DNA of 63,048 nucleotides, the filler included, from Octopus bimaculoides (Eukaryota): assembly GCF_001194135.2 (NCBI RefSeq). It is 5 parts of 4 records of this genome, joined end to end, with 100 filler letters (N's around TTAATTAATTAA, not from the genome) between each part and the next. Parts side by side here need not be neighbours in the genome. Positions count along the whole stretch, not along the records: positions 1 to 17,783 come from NC_069001.1; positions 17,884 to 38,381 come from NC_068998.1; 3 more parts are not named here. The stretch is one strand, 5' to 3'. The position numbers and the translations under genes were made by a program. This document shows, in pieces, positions 11,899 to 23,573 of this stretch. The notes beneath the pieces were generated by a model that ran no database searches, had not been told where the DNA came from, and saw nothing but the letters and a program-made list of their open reading frames with translations. The stretch's first letter is position 1, and each line of letters starts with the position of its first letter.

Positions 11899-12373
11899 TA
11901 GATCTCACACACACACACACACAATGATTGTTGTTTGGAATGGTAAATCTGTACTATGATTTTTTTCCTAGCCAATCTGAATATATATTCAGCTCGGTTT
12001 TCATTCAGGTATGATTGTTGCATGGAGAAAAGCGATGTAAAACACATTTAGATCAGTTAATATATGTAGTTTAGATTTACTTTCTCCATCCCTACACCTA
12101 TTAATCTATAATCGCATAATTCGCAATCTTTGTTGCTAAATCATGAGATATATAGTTGCAGTCATCTTATTGAAGTATCTATTTAATTTTATATGGGAGT
12201 AAGTGTGTAACATATGTTAATCAATAAACTTTGTCGATCAAATATCATCTGCTTTTGTCATCTATACAAGTCATGTACGTGCTTGATACTAACAGCCTAT
12301 ATCAATATTTTTTTGGATCACACGACTCTATCACTATTATACATAGGAGAGGGACATAACTGTTCCTTGTGGT

Positions 12374-12425
12374 AAGCTTGATAATTGTTGAGGTATTCCC
12401 TAAGCATGAAACCAATGGTAGCCTT
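12374..12425 (+). ncRNA. Heavily degenerate type I hammerhead-like motif (family H2)
   Basis: AAGC-TTGATAA-T-TGTTGAGG-tatt-CCCTAAGCA-T-GAAAC-C-aat-G-GTA-GCCTT: stem I AAGC/GC(C)T, stem III ACC/GGT, GUA triplet, followed by AATAAA. The core has C3U and G8A substitutions. Confidence 0.4.
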
Positions 12426-12554
12426 AGTACACAAATAAAGTTTCTTTAACCACCAATGCAATGTTGAGTGGCCATTCTCATTATTTGATATTTACGTATA
12501 CATACATACACACACACATATATATATATACACACGCATATATATTTATATATA

Positions 12555-12898
12555 GGCACAGGAGTAGCTGTGTGGTAAGTAGCTTGCTTACCAACCACAT
12601 GGTTCCGGGTTCAACCCACTTTGTGGCACATTGGGTAAGTGTCTTCTACTATAGCCTCAGGCCAACCAAAGCCTTGTGAATGGATTTGGTAGACGGAAAC
12701 TGAAAGAAGCCCGTTATATATGCATGTATATGTATATTTGTGTGTGTGTCTGTGTTTGTCCCCCCAACGTTACTTGACAACCGATGCTGATGTGTTTACG
12801 TCCCCGTAGAATAAGTCCTGGGATCGATTTGCTCGACTAAAGGTGGTGCACCAGCATGGCCACAGTCAAATGACTGAAACAAGTAAAAGAGAGAAAAG
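12555..12898 (+). mobile_element. SINE family B, near full length with a small internal deletion
   Basis: ggcacaggagtagctgtgtggtaag (A-box-like), ccgggttcaacccac (B-box-like), internal TA/TG tract, tail gactgaaacaagtaaaagag. Confidence 0.85.
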
Positions 12899-13747
12899 AT
12901 ATATATATAAATAATAATAAAGGAGTTACGACGCAAAAACGTATATATTCAAATGAACATATTTATCTTCTTCAATATATATATTTCAGTATAAAGAATT
13001 TGTTTTTTTTCTGCTATTTTGGTGATGATTTTTTGAGTTAGCCTACCAATTATTTTTGTTGGTAGTTAATTTATAATATATTGATATATATANNNNNNNN
13101 NNNNNNNNNNNNNNNNNNNNNNNNNNNNNNNNNNNNNNNNNNNNNNNNNNNNNNNNNNNNNNNNNNNNNNNNNNNNNNNNNNNNNNNNNNNNNNNNNNNN
13201 NNNNNNNNNNNNNNNNNNNNNNNNNNNNNNNNNNNNNNNNNNNNNNNNNNNNNNNNNNNNNNNNNNNNNNNNNNNNNNNNNNNNNNNNNNNNNNNNNNNN
13301 NNNNNNNNNNNNNNNNNNNNNNNNNNNNNNNNNNNNNNNNNNNNNNNNNNNNNNNNNNNNNNNNNNNNNNNNNNNNNNNNNNNNNNNNNNNNNNNNNNNN
13401 NNNNNNNNNNNNNNNNNNNNNNNNNNNNNNNNNNNNNNNNNNNNNNNNNNNNNNNNNNNNNNNNNNNNNNNNNNNNNNNNNNNNNNNNNNNNNNNNNNNN
13501 NNNNNNNNNNNNNNNNNNNNNNNNNNNNNNNNNNNNNNNNNNNNNNNNNNNNNNNNNNNNNNNNNNNNNNNNNNNNNNNNNNNNNNNNNNNNNNNNNNNN
13601 NNNNNNNNNNNNNNNNNNNNNNNNNNNNNNNNNNNNNNNNNNNNNNNNNNNNNNNNNNNNNNNNNNNNNNNNNNNNNNNNNNNNNNNNNNNNNNNNNNNN
13701 NNNNNNNNNNNNNNNNNNNNNNNNNNNNNNNNNNNNNNNNNNNNNNN

Positions 13748-13783
<36 letters not shown>

Positions 13784-13815
13784 GTGTGTGTGTTTGAAGA
13801 TAAAGATAGTTTTAT

Positions 13816-13853
<38 letters not shown>

Positions 13854-14214
13854 CAGTGGTTTTAGCCATGATGGGCAAGTGTGTATGATTGTTGTAGCTT
13901 GTAACATGCTTACACAAACTGCTTTAAGTGAATGTATAGTTGCAAGTAGATATATATACTCTCTAATTCTTCCCAATCTCGACCCAATGGAACATTCAGG
14001 ATATGTCTGCAGGAGGGAGAGACATCTCTTACTAGTCATTTGGTATCATTTTCAGCTGATAAGATTGGAGCAAAATTCAATGAACTGCCATACACAGGGA
14101 CATACCCGTAGCTCTATCTGAGGACTGAAACTATGGCCATACCACCACTGCCATTGACACTACCACCACCACCACCACCACTACCATCATCAGCCGCAAC
14201 ATTAATATTATTCA

Positions 14215-14405
14215 GGTGGTGAACTGGCAAAATTGTTTGACGCTAAACAAAATGTCTTTACATTCTGAGTTCAAATTCCACCAAGGGCGACTTTACCTTA
14301 CTTCCTTTCAGGGTCAATGAAATAAGTACCAATTAAGTATTGGGTCGACATAATTGTCTAGACTCTCCTCCAAAATTTCAGGACTTGTGCCTATAGAATA
14401 AAGGA
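14215..14405 (+). mobile_element. SINE family A (tRNA head plus conserved core), in an (ATT)n context
   Basis: ggtggtgaactggcaaaatt...ctgagttcaaattccacc...tcctttcagggtcaatgaaataagtacca...aaaggattattatt. Confidence 0.8.
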
Positions 14406-14604
14406 TTATTATTATTACTATTATTATTACTAATCAGTTAAATAAGAATCTAATAACCTATGTGGACAACTTGCTTCAGAACAATGGAATGGCAAATGTT
14501 GACAAATTAAGAATATGCATAGGGCACCGTGATAAATGGTGTGCTTGTGAGAAATCATTGAAGTGTCCATGAGGATGGCCAAATTCAAACTATTATTATT
14601 ATCA

Positions 14605-15129
14605 TTATTATTATTGAGTGAAAGAGCAGCATATGCCATCAAAGTGACACTGGGGTACAACTATATGAAGCCCAATATACCTGTCATTATTACCTGTTTG
14701 ATAAGGGTACACCAAGCATGTGCATCACAACTATGTGTGCGTGACATGGTGTTTCCATATCAAGATAAACTGTGCATGACCATGTAGGTGGCATTCACTT
14801 ACAGTTTTCTTCTGACTGAGTAGCCCATCCTCCTCAAAATATCCCTAAATAAGGCTTGTTTAAGGATGTTGAATGAAACATCCATGTTTCTAGAGCTGAA
14901 TTATTCAGACCCAAAAGAATTCTTTTTAACACATGGTTATGATGCTCCCCCACAACTTCTGCTCCTGATCAGAGACATGCATATCGTCAACCACTAATGG
15001 ACATGCTCAACTGGTTACGGTCAGGCAAGTCTGTGGTATTGAGCAGAATATTTGCTGTAGCCCATCTTTTACACCAAGATAAAACAGGTACATGATAACA
15101 CTTCCAATCAGTTAAGATCATGAGAGCCA
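14605..15129. mobile_element. ~525 bp dispersed repeat (family F) abutting (TTA)n
   Basis: The left end ttgagtga(a/g)agagcag..tgccatcaaagtg recurs at 43437-43520. The right end gacatgctcaactggtta...atgagagcca recurs at 57475-57610. Confidence 0.75.
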
Positions 15130-15876
15130 GTGTCTGAGTAATCCCTGTGGGTTAGCTATATCTCTTGGCAGATACAAACTATAAATCCAAATTCACAAAT
15201 TTGAATATAACAATAAATAGACAAAGGATGAACAATTGATTTTATTGGCTGATATATGTTGTGTAAAGCTTGCATAATCATGCCTTCAATATACAATGGC
15301 TTTCAATCAATTAAACAACCAATTTAATTAAATAATCAATTAATCAATTCAATACTGGAATGGTCATATTGCAAACTTAACTTATTGAAGCTCAAAAATG
15401 GCTCTTTTAGATTTTCTAAAAGTTGCTACGAACTCAGTTGCTTAGGTTTAAGAAGTAGATAATGATCATATAATATTACATTCTCTTAGTCGTTATCTAC
15501 TTGTAAAGTTCATGGTCGGAAAGGTCAAGATATTATCGGTTGTTGGAGAATAGAAGTCTGTGAGAAAGAGCACTAGAGAAGTTTATTAGTATAAAATGTC
15601 TTCATGTGGTGGTGGTCCATAGCAAGAGTGGATTAGTAGCATGATTCATCAGTTAAATACAATGTAATTTTAAAGAATATATGATCTAACAACTTCCCAT
15701 GCTATTTCTATATACAAAAATTAGCCATTAAATAGAATTTTATTAAATAAAATTATATTTGATTGTATGAAATATAAAACTAAAACATATCTGGTGTAAT
15801 ACTTGGTGAATAGAATTTTTGATAATTAAAGATTATTTAGTAAAAGTTTGTAACAATATCATATGGTTACTATTTA

Positions 15877-16087
15877 GGTGGTGAGCTGGCAGAATTGTTA
15901 GCATGCTGAGTGAAATGCTGAGAGGCATTTTATCTGTCTTAACATTGTGAGTTCAAATTCTGCCCAAGTCATCTTTGCTTTTCATCCTTTCGGGGTCAAT
16001 TAAAAAAGGACTGGTTGAACACTGGGGTCAATGTAATTGATTTGTCCCTTCCCTGAAATTCATGGCCTTGTACCAAGATTTGGAACC
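15877..16087 (+). mobile_element. SINE family A
   Basis: ggtggtgagctggcagaattgttagc...gagttcaaattctgcc...cttttcatcctttcggggtcaat. More decayed copies at ~19746-19930, 22560-22950 and 26900-27050. Confidence 0.8.
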
Positions 16088-16189
16088 AGTTTTATATGGT
16101 TAGTATACAAAGAAAGAAAAAGAAGAAACATTGATAAAATAACTTGAGAATTTAATTAATTTATTAATCATCATCATTATCATCATTTA

Positions 16190-16432
16190 ACGTCTGTTGT
16201 CAGTCTGGCATGGGTTTGACAGTTTGACCAGAGTTGACAAGCCAGACTCCAGTCTGATTTGGTATGGTTTCTACAACTGTAGGCCCTTCTTAACACCAAC
16301 CACTTAACATAGCATGCTGGGCATTTTAAGTGGCACTGCACGAGCACTTTTATGTCATGTTGCACAAGCACTTTTACGTGGCACTGCACAGGTGCTTTTA
16401 TATGACACTGCACATGCACTTTTACATGACAC
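16190..16432 (-). mobile_element. Family C repeat with internal ~21-bp tandem subrepeats
   Basis: catcatttaacgtctgttgtcagtctggcatggg tail; about five subrepeats gcactttta(t/c)(g/a)tg(g/a)cactgcac at 16318-16432. Confidence 0.8.
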
Positions 16433-16989
16433 CACACATTAATATCTGAGTTAATTTAAAGAGGATTCATTATTGTATTATACAGGTAAACCAGAAATAG
16501 ACAGACTCTTTAATAACACATTAGATAAGAAGTTTATTTTCTTACATCCATTTAAATTGATTTAGTAGGATGTGTGTAAATTTTAATATGAAAATCTTAA
16601 GAATAACTGAGGACAGTGAATCACTGATTTATTACGTTTGTTAATAAGGTTGTAATTTCAATTTAGTAGTTCAATTGCTTACCCCAAACTGAAATTACAT
16701 CACCCCACCCCACTCGGTGTTAAATACTTGTAAGGGTTAAATTCTCTGTCTGCAAAACCTGTATATTTCACTGGATGTACTTCAGTACCCAGAATATTTA
16801 TTCAACTAAAGGTGGTGTTTACAAATCAATTTGACCCAACCTAGTGCCTATCATTTAAGTACCTCATTCTCTCCCAAATCCTTAATATTGTGTATACACA
16901 CACACAAACAGATACATGCATATATGTGTGCATACATGCCTATATATTCTTTGTATTATATATATATATATATATAGATAGATAGATAG

Positions 16990-17158
16990 TGAAGGCATGT
17001 GGCTCAGTGGTTAGGGCATTTGGCTCAATTCCCGGTGATGTATTGTGTCCTTGAGCATGTGGAGTGCTCAGCCGCATGCACGTTAATTTCACGAGCAAGT
17101 TGCTCTCTTGATCGTATCAGCTTGGATCCTCAACATTGTAAATGACAGAGTGCTCCTT
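16990..17158 (+). mobile_element. Internally deleted copy of SINE family D
   Basis: The head gtgaaggcatgtggctcagtggttagggc and the 3' part tgtggagtgctcagcc..gcacgttaatttcacgagca match the reverse complement of 47409-47796. Confidence 0.7.
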
Positions 17159-17159
17159 C

Positions 17160-17238
<79 letters not shown>

Positions 17239-17312
17239 TATATATATATGTCAGTAAATGGTGGGGTTGTGTTAACCGCACGTGGATAAATAATAGGAAA
17301 ATAAAAAAATAT

Positions 17313-17769
17313 TAATAAGGCAGAATGCTAAACTGAAAATATTTTAATATAGATGTGTATAAACTTCCTGTTGACATAGAGTCCAGAACTCCAATTAAAG
17401 AGTATAAAACCCACAGAATTATCTTCCTTTACACACACTTCCTGTTTTTACACCACACTTCCTGCTTAACACAAACTTTCAGCCCCTTTTTTTAAACACA
17501 ACACAACTCTTTATTCCATGCATCCTCATCTTTCTAACAATTATCTACATGGATTACCATTGAACTTTAAAAGCTCAAAAGACGATATAATGTATTGGTA
17601 TATTTATTTTTTTATATATTATTTTTTTATTTTTTTTGTAAAAAACGTTTTCATTCTCCCTCTTCTTGAAAATTTGCTATGCAATGAAAGCCGGTTAGAA
17701 ATCCTTTTTAATCCTCCTTATACACAGCTATTTTAAAATATGCTTTCAGTTTAGCATTCTGCCTTATTA
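17313..17769. mobile_element. MITE-like element with 26-bp perfect terminal inverted repeats
   Basis: taataaggcagaatgctaaactgaaa (17313-17338) is the exact reverse complement of tttcagtttagcattctgccttatta (17744-17769). The repeat extends imperfectly into the A/T-rich flanks. Confidence 0.65.
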
Positions 17770-17783
17770 TTATTTTTTATTTT

Positions 17784-17883
17784 NNNNNNNNNNNNNNNNN
17801 NNNNNNNNNNNNNNNNNNNNNNNNNNNTTAATTAATTAANNNNNNNNNNNNNNNNNNNNNNNNNNNNNNNNNNNNNNNNNNNN
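17784..17883. other. Artificial scaffolding spacer N44-TTAATTAATTAA-N44
   Basis: The same 12-mer (stops in all six frames) sits centred in ~100-bp N blocks at 17828, 38426, 46801 and 58136. Confidence 0.95.
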
Positions 17884-18116
17884 GTTTTGGTATCCCGCTA
17901 TATTTCATGTTGAGAACAATTTAGGTCTTAATAGACACAAGATGTGATCTATTTCTAGCACATTGAATGTCCACGTTAGTGGTCAACGTTATATATAAAA
18001 ATGTACTTTAATCCCTTGAGATTGCAGATACTGTTTCTGAATCTCTTTGATTCTTTAAATGCTTCCTGGTAATTAATCGATATTAATTAATATATGATTT
18101 TTTACCCTATTTTTTA

Positions 18117-18148
<32 letters not shown>

Positions 18149-18419
18149 CATGTATGTATGCACACACATACAGATCTAGATATGTGAGATTCTCTCAGGC
18201 TCATCTATATTTAAGCCAGCAATGGTTTATGATAAGTGTTGTATTTTTTCCTGATGAACTGGCATTAGTGTTGCTCCACATTAATCTTCATGAATTATGC
18301 ATCTTAATTACATAATTATAGAATTAATTATGCTTGTTTCTCATGAGATAAGCATAATGTTGAAAATAAATTATGATTTATCTGTGAAACTTATGCTTAT
18401 TTGCTTTTTTTTAAAGTTT

Positions 18420-18457
<38 letters not shown>

Positions 18458-19606
18458 CACAGTCATAAGAGTGTTAAGAGGTTGTCTCCCAACTTTATGA
18501 TTTTGAGTTCACTGTCACTGCATGGCACATTGAACAGTTAGTCAAATACTTGTGTGTGGATTTGGTAGACGAAACCTGAGAAAGTGAAAAAAACTTATGT
18601 ATGTATGCATGCATGCAGGCATACATATGTGTGTGTGTATGTGTAGTGTGTATGTACATATGTATATGTGTTTATGAGTGTATGTGCATGGATTATGCCT
18701 CCTGATCTTGACATTATGTTGCAGTTGTGGCCAAGTGTCACCATTGTACAGTGTTATTCATTTCTAATCTTCTGCAAAAACATGTCTAGTCACAGGGAAT
18801 CTTTATCTTGCATGAAATTTGGCAACAAGAAGGGTGTCCAGGCATAGAATATATCTACTACAATGAATTCTGTTTAATCCATATAAACATAGAAAATGGA
18901 TTCTAAAACAATGATGATTGGGTGTGTGCATGTGTGCACATGAGCATATATATGTATGTCTGTATATGTATGCATATGTTTATATGGTTTTATATGTGTG
19001 TATGAATGTAGTTGTGTGTATGTATACAGATACATAATATTATCAACAGAAGATAATTGAACAGAATTTTCATCGTATGAATTTTATGTTCTCTTTCAAG
19101 TATCCAAGTAGCTTAAACATAGAATAAAATTTCTGTGTCCCCTATATGATGTTGGCCACATAAATTGATATGTTAAGCTTCACTTGTGTAGACACAGTTT
19201 TCAACTATTAATATAATTTAATATCATATTTCTTCCTTTGTTTCCCATAGTTATGTTTATTTTGCACAAAATTCCAAAATTCAATTACATTGGAAATATT
19301 GCTGAGAAACTCAAAGATTTACTAATTTTACCCTCATCATGAATTACTATGGAGGTTAACCTGTTCTATTTGATGATGTCTCTTACAGGAAATACTATGT
19401 AAATATCATACAAGTTATTAATTTCTTAAAACACAAGTAAATTGGTTTTCTTGTTATTTATGGTTAGTCTTTTAATAATAGAGCATCGTCCTCATATTTA
19501 TGAAAATAATATTAATAAGTTCTGTATTTGCCACAAGAGTAACATACAAGGCAAATTACAAAGATAAGATGCAAAAACAGTAGATGCTTTACATCAAATG
19601 AATATA

Positions 19607-19642
<36 letters not shown>

Positions 19643-20567
19643 TGTATGTATGTATTTATTCACTTGATGCAAGACACAAACAGATAGAATGATAAATAGA
19701 ATGATGGATATAAATAGATATGAATGTATTATTCGATATTATAACTATGGCAAGCTGGCAAAATCATTAGCATTTTGAACAAAATATTTAGCAGCATTTT
19801 TCTAGGTTTTGCATTTAGAGCTCAGACTCCACTCAGTTCAACCTTACTTTTTCAGCTTTATGGGTGGGGGTCAATGTAATCAACTTACTCCTTCCCTCAA
19901 AACTGCTGATCTTGAGCCAAAATTTGAAACCATTTTTTGATATTGTGAATCAGTTGCAGTCAGCAACAAACTTTCTGGTGATATGACTCCATACTTTTAA
20001 TAGAGTAAAGTTTGTTGATAAAATTGATTTCAATGGGACTTTGAGTTTCCCATTAATGGCTTATCAATCAGGTTAAATAAGCCATTGAAAGGAAACCTTC
20101 TTGTCCCAGTCAAATCGAATTTCATAAATATTTGTGATATGTGATTTATGTATCATACTTAACATATATACTCTATTGATATACTGTGGTTTGGCTCTGA
20201 GATAGATGTGCAATGCTAAAAAATACAATATATATATTGAGAAGAGATTAAAAACAAACTGTCATAGCAGTGGCTAGTAAGAGAACTAGATGTATTTTGG
20301 TCTTCTCAGGTCTTGTCCATGGTTTGTACTTGCAGCTACATGCATAGGCAAAATTTGGTGTCTCATATACAAGAAACAGTGAATAGTATATACACTGAAT
20401 TTTTTAACATAGCATGTCTGTAGTAAGAGACTATATATATACTACATTAAAAAAATAATCAATAGCACTTTAAAATAAACATCATTACATTCATAGATTC
20501 AACATGGTTCATTCATCTGCTGGAAATAGTTGCTAAATTTCCCTCAGATCACACTTTACCAACTTAA

Positions 20568-20780
20568 CCCTTTCGTTACCAACGAAACCAGCTCTGGCTC
20601 TGAGTACAAATGTCTTGTTTTCACAAGTTTTGAATTTAAATCTCCCACTAAACCTTTGTCACAATTTATGTTCCTAACATTAGCTTAATGATAACTAAGT
20701 TATTTTACTAAATTTTTTAAATATTTTAAGTAATTGAGAAAAACACAGAGCATCTCAAAATAAACATATTAATGAAAAGG
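20568..20780. mobile_element. piggyBac-like MITE with TTAA target-site duplication
   Basis: TTAA|CCCTTTCGTTAC ... (a)ttaatgaaaagg|TTAA. It interrupts a copy of a dispersed repeat that is intact at ~22420-22580. Confidence 0.65.
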
Positions 20781-23497
20781 TTAAGAAAGAAAGAGCACAA
20801 TAGATAATGTATTCCTGTATATAATATGCCTGAAAAGGTTGGAATTGTTTCAATTGAAATACTTTTGCTCATAGGTTATCTTAATCAGAGCTGATCTGGC
20901 ACTAACCTATGAGAACTTCTATGAGAAATTTTGACTCTTCATTTTATTAATGCATAAAAGACAAATATGTCATGATTATGTATACCCACCTAATTAAATT
21001 AATTTGAATTATATATCACACAGAAACCTAACCTAATAATCTCTTCTACTCTTTGGCTCTTGTCAATAATCACAGTTTGTTCAAATCTAATTCTGAGTTT
21101 GTAAAAATAAAATTTTCTCTTAAGTTACAAATGTTCACATTAGAGTTAAAATTTAGCTCAAATTTCATGGTAAGAACTGAATGAGAAAGAAATATTGCCT
21201 AGGCCTGGATACCAGAACAATATTGCAAACAACACGACCAGATAATCTGATGCCTATTCTTAACAGTAAAATGAAGTAAAACAGATTCAACTATTCTATA
21301 GTGAATGTGAATTCGCAGCAAAAAATACCTTCAGCAGATTTCAATTAAAGAAAACTCAAGAGTTAGTTGTTTAAAATTCTTTTACACTAAAAACTTCAGT
21401 GGGCCCCATACAATTGCTCCCATTCTGACTCCCAACATATGTTCACCCACACAAAGACGTTAGTAAACCAATCCCAACAGGATTAGCAGCAAACTAATAC
21501 ATGATAGATTATTCAGCACAGACACAAATAAAAAGCTGGTGTATTTTGGATTCATAATATGTGGACTCCTTTGAGAGATGAGCATTTTTACCTGGACTGG
21601 CATAGGATCAGCTCCTTTTTCTCTAAAATACTTTTAGCAGTAAACAAGGTCAGTTAGCAGAATTGGTAGGCTAGTGATGTAAATGAATTGTAGTAAATAT
21701 AAACAGAAATTTGTTGTATTTTTGTATATGTGAAGTAGATACTAGCATTTCAAATAGAGGTTTTACCTTGAAGTCTCTTTGACACCAGTGCAGATTTTTT
21801 GTTTATTTGTTTTTGTATTAAATACTGTAAACAGAGTTTATGTTGTTAAGAAAACTACAGTCTATATATTTCTTCACTCAGCAGTGCACATCATGAATAT
21901 CAGAGCATTTCACAAATAATAACTCACTGTTGAATACTAAGAGGTTTGGACGTATGAGTTACACTCCAGAAGAATATCTCATCTACTGGCAAATAATTTT
22001 ATATTCTGTTCTTCCTGGTCTTCATAAAAAAGCAACAAAATCAAGTCTATTTAAGCAAATTTTACCAACAACTACTTCTCTGATGCAGTCACAAAATAAA
22101 TGTCTGCTATAACAAGTTGTAGGCCAGAAACTGAAAGCACTATTATGCTGTTTAGTCTAGTACAAAACATTGTCATCATATTTCTTGTCTATGTCTTTCA
22201 AGATGACACTTTTATTGAACAAATGAAGTTAAGCTGTCTATGTTGTTCCTCATGGTGAGAATTGATTACTTTAGAATAATCTAATAACACTTCAGAACGA
22301 AGAATTATTATTATTTTCGTGGTAGATATTTTTAAATGCTGGGCTTACAGAAAAAGTAGACCATCAGTCTATTATGTTTCACCTTACTGTGAATTAAGAA
22401 AAGAGCCTTTACATTTCTGTTCAAGCTTCTAGAAATAGTAGCCAAATCTCATGCAAATCATACTCACCATCTTAGAAAAGGAAAGAACACAGTAGATAAT
22501 GTAATTTTTGTTAACTCTAAAAGAACAGGGTGATCATGTTTGGAACCTTATATCTGCTTATACAGGGTTGATCTGAAGCTAAAACAAGAATAAATTCCAC
22601 AACATATTCAGATTCAAATCCAGCTGGGTTCAGCTCTGCTTTTCATTGTTGAAATGTCAATAAAATAAATACCACTCATGTCATTTCCTTCATTGAAGTC
22701 CCCATAGCTTTGTGCCAATGAGAGAAAGAGATCTTTTTTATTATTACCATTGTTATTGGCTGTAGGAATATCAGAAATAGCTGAAAGTTAAACTAAATGC
22801 CTTGCAGAAGATAGTTATTTTCTGGTATTATTCTAAATTCAAATGCAGCATGGGTCAACTTTACCTCTCAACATTCTAGTAACTAGTAAGTTATTGATAT
22901 ATCGACAAAATCCCCTGCTGGAAAAATACGTGGCTTTGTGCCAATGTAAATTTTATCAATGTTGTTGATTTTATTGCTTAATTACGCTTGAATAAATATG
23001 ATTTAAAATTAATCAAATGCCAGACAAAAAAGATCTAAAATATCAAAGAAAAAACAAGAAAAGAAAAATATTGTTAGAGTTAAGAAAGCTAGCTTTATTC
23101 ATTTTTGTGGAATGCTGAGAGTGTTTTTCATAACTTGGTAAATCCTAAGGGTCTTAATGTCATTGTGGAAATCAAGAAATATTTTCTCAAAATAAGTTCA
23201 ATTTAAATATAGATGTTTGTTGAATCTATTTATAAATATTGTTGTTTCAAATAGTTTTTATAATTACAGAGAAAGAAACAATTTTGTAAATTTCAATTAA
23301 AATAGATTTCTTATTCACTACATTCTTTGTGTGAAAACTATTACAAATTTATACATTATAGTGAAAAGTAGAATATTACAGGCTCTTTATTTTCATTGAA
23401 GCTGAAGTAATTTTGATGTACAAGAAAAGCCCTACCTCTCATCAAATTAACCTTTTTGTAATAAATTTTACTAACTGGTTTTTGTTTTCTTAAATAG

Positions 23498-23573
23498 ACC
23501 ATCACTAGTAACTTTGGACTCTAACCACTTACAAAGTCTTGAATGGGGTGGAGAAGGGATTACAAAATAACAG
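23498..23573 (+). other. Candidate plus-strand exon (unknown gene or lncRNA)
   Basis: Perfect TACTAAC branch motif (23469-23475), tggtttttgttttcttaaatag acceptor, CAG|gtaaat donor. One frame is open to a stop 3 nt before the donor (PSLVTLDSNHLQSLEWGGEGITK*). No homology recognised. Confidence 0.35.

Noticed and set aside
17828-17839. Recurrent TTAATTAATTAA motif (also at 38426, 46801, 58136)
   Set aside because: It is always centred in ~100-bp N blocks, so it is a synthetic scaffolding linker.
20255-20400. Minus-strand reading ...ACSCKYKPW...IHLVLLLATAMTVCF* as a GPI-tail exon
   Set aside because: No CN motif, and the acceptor (aaaaaattcag) is weak and phase 0.
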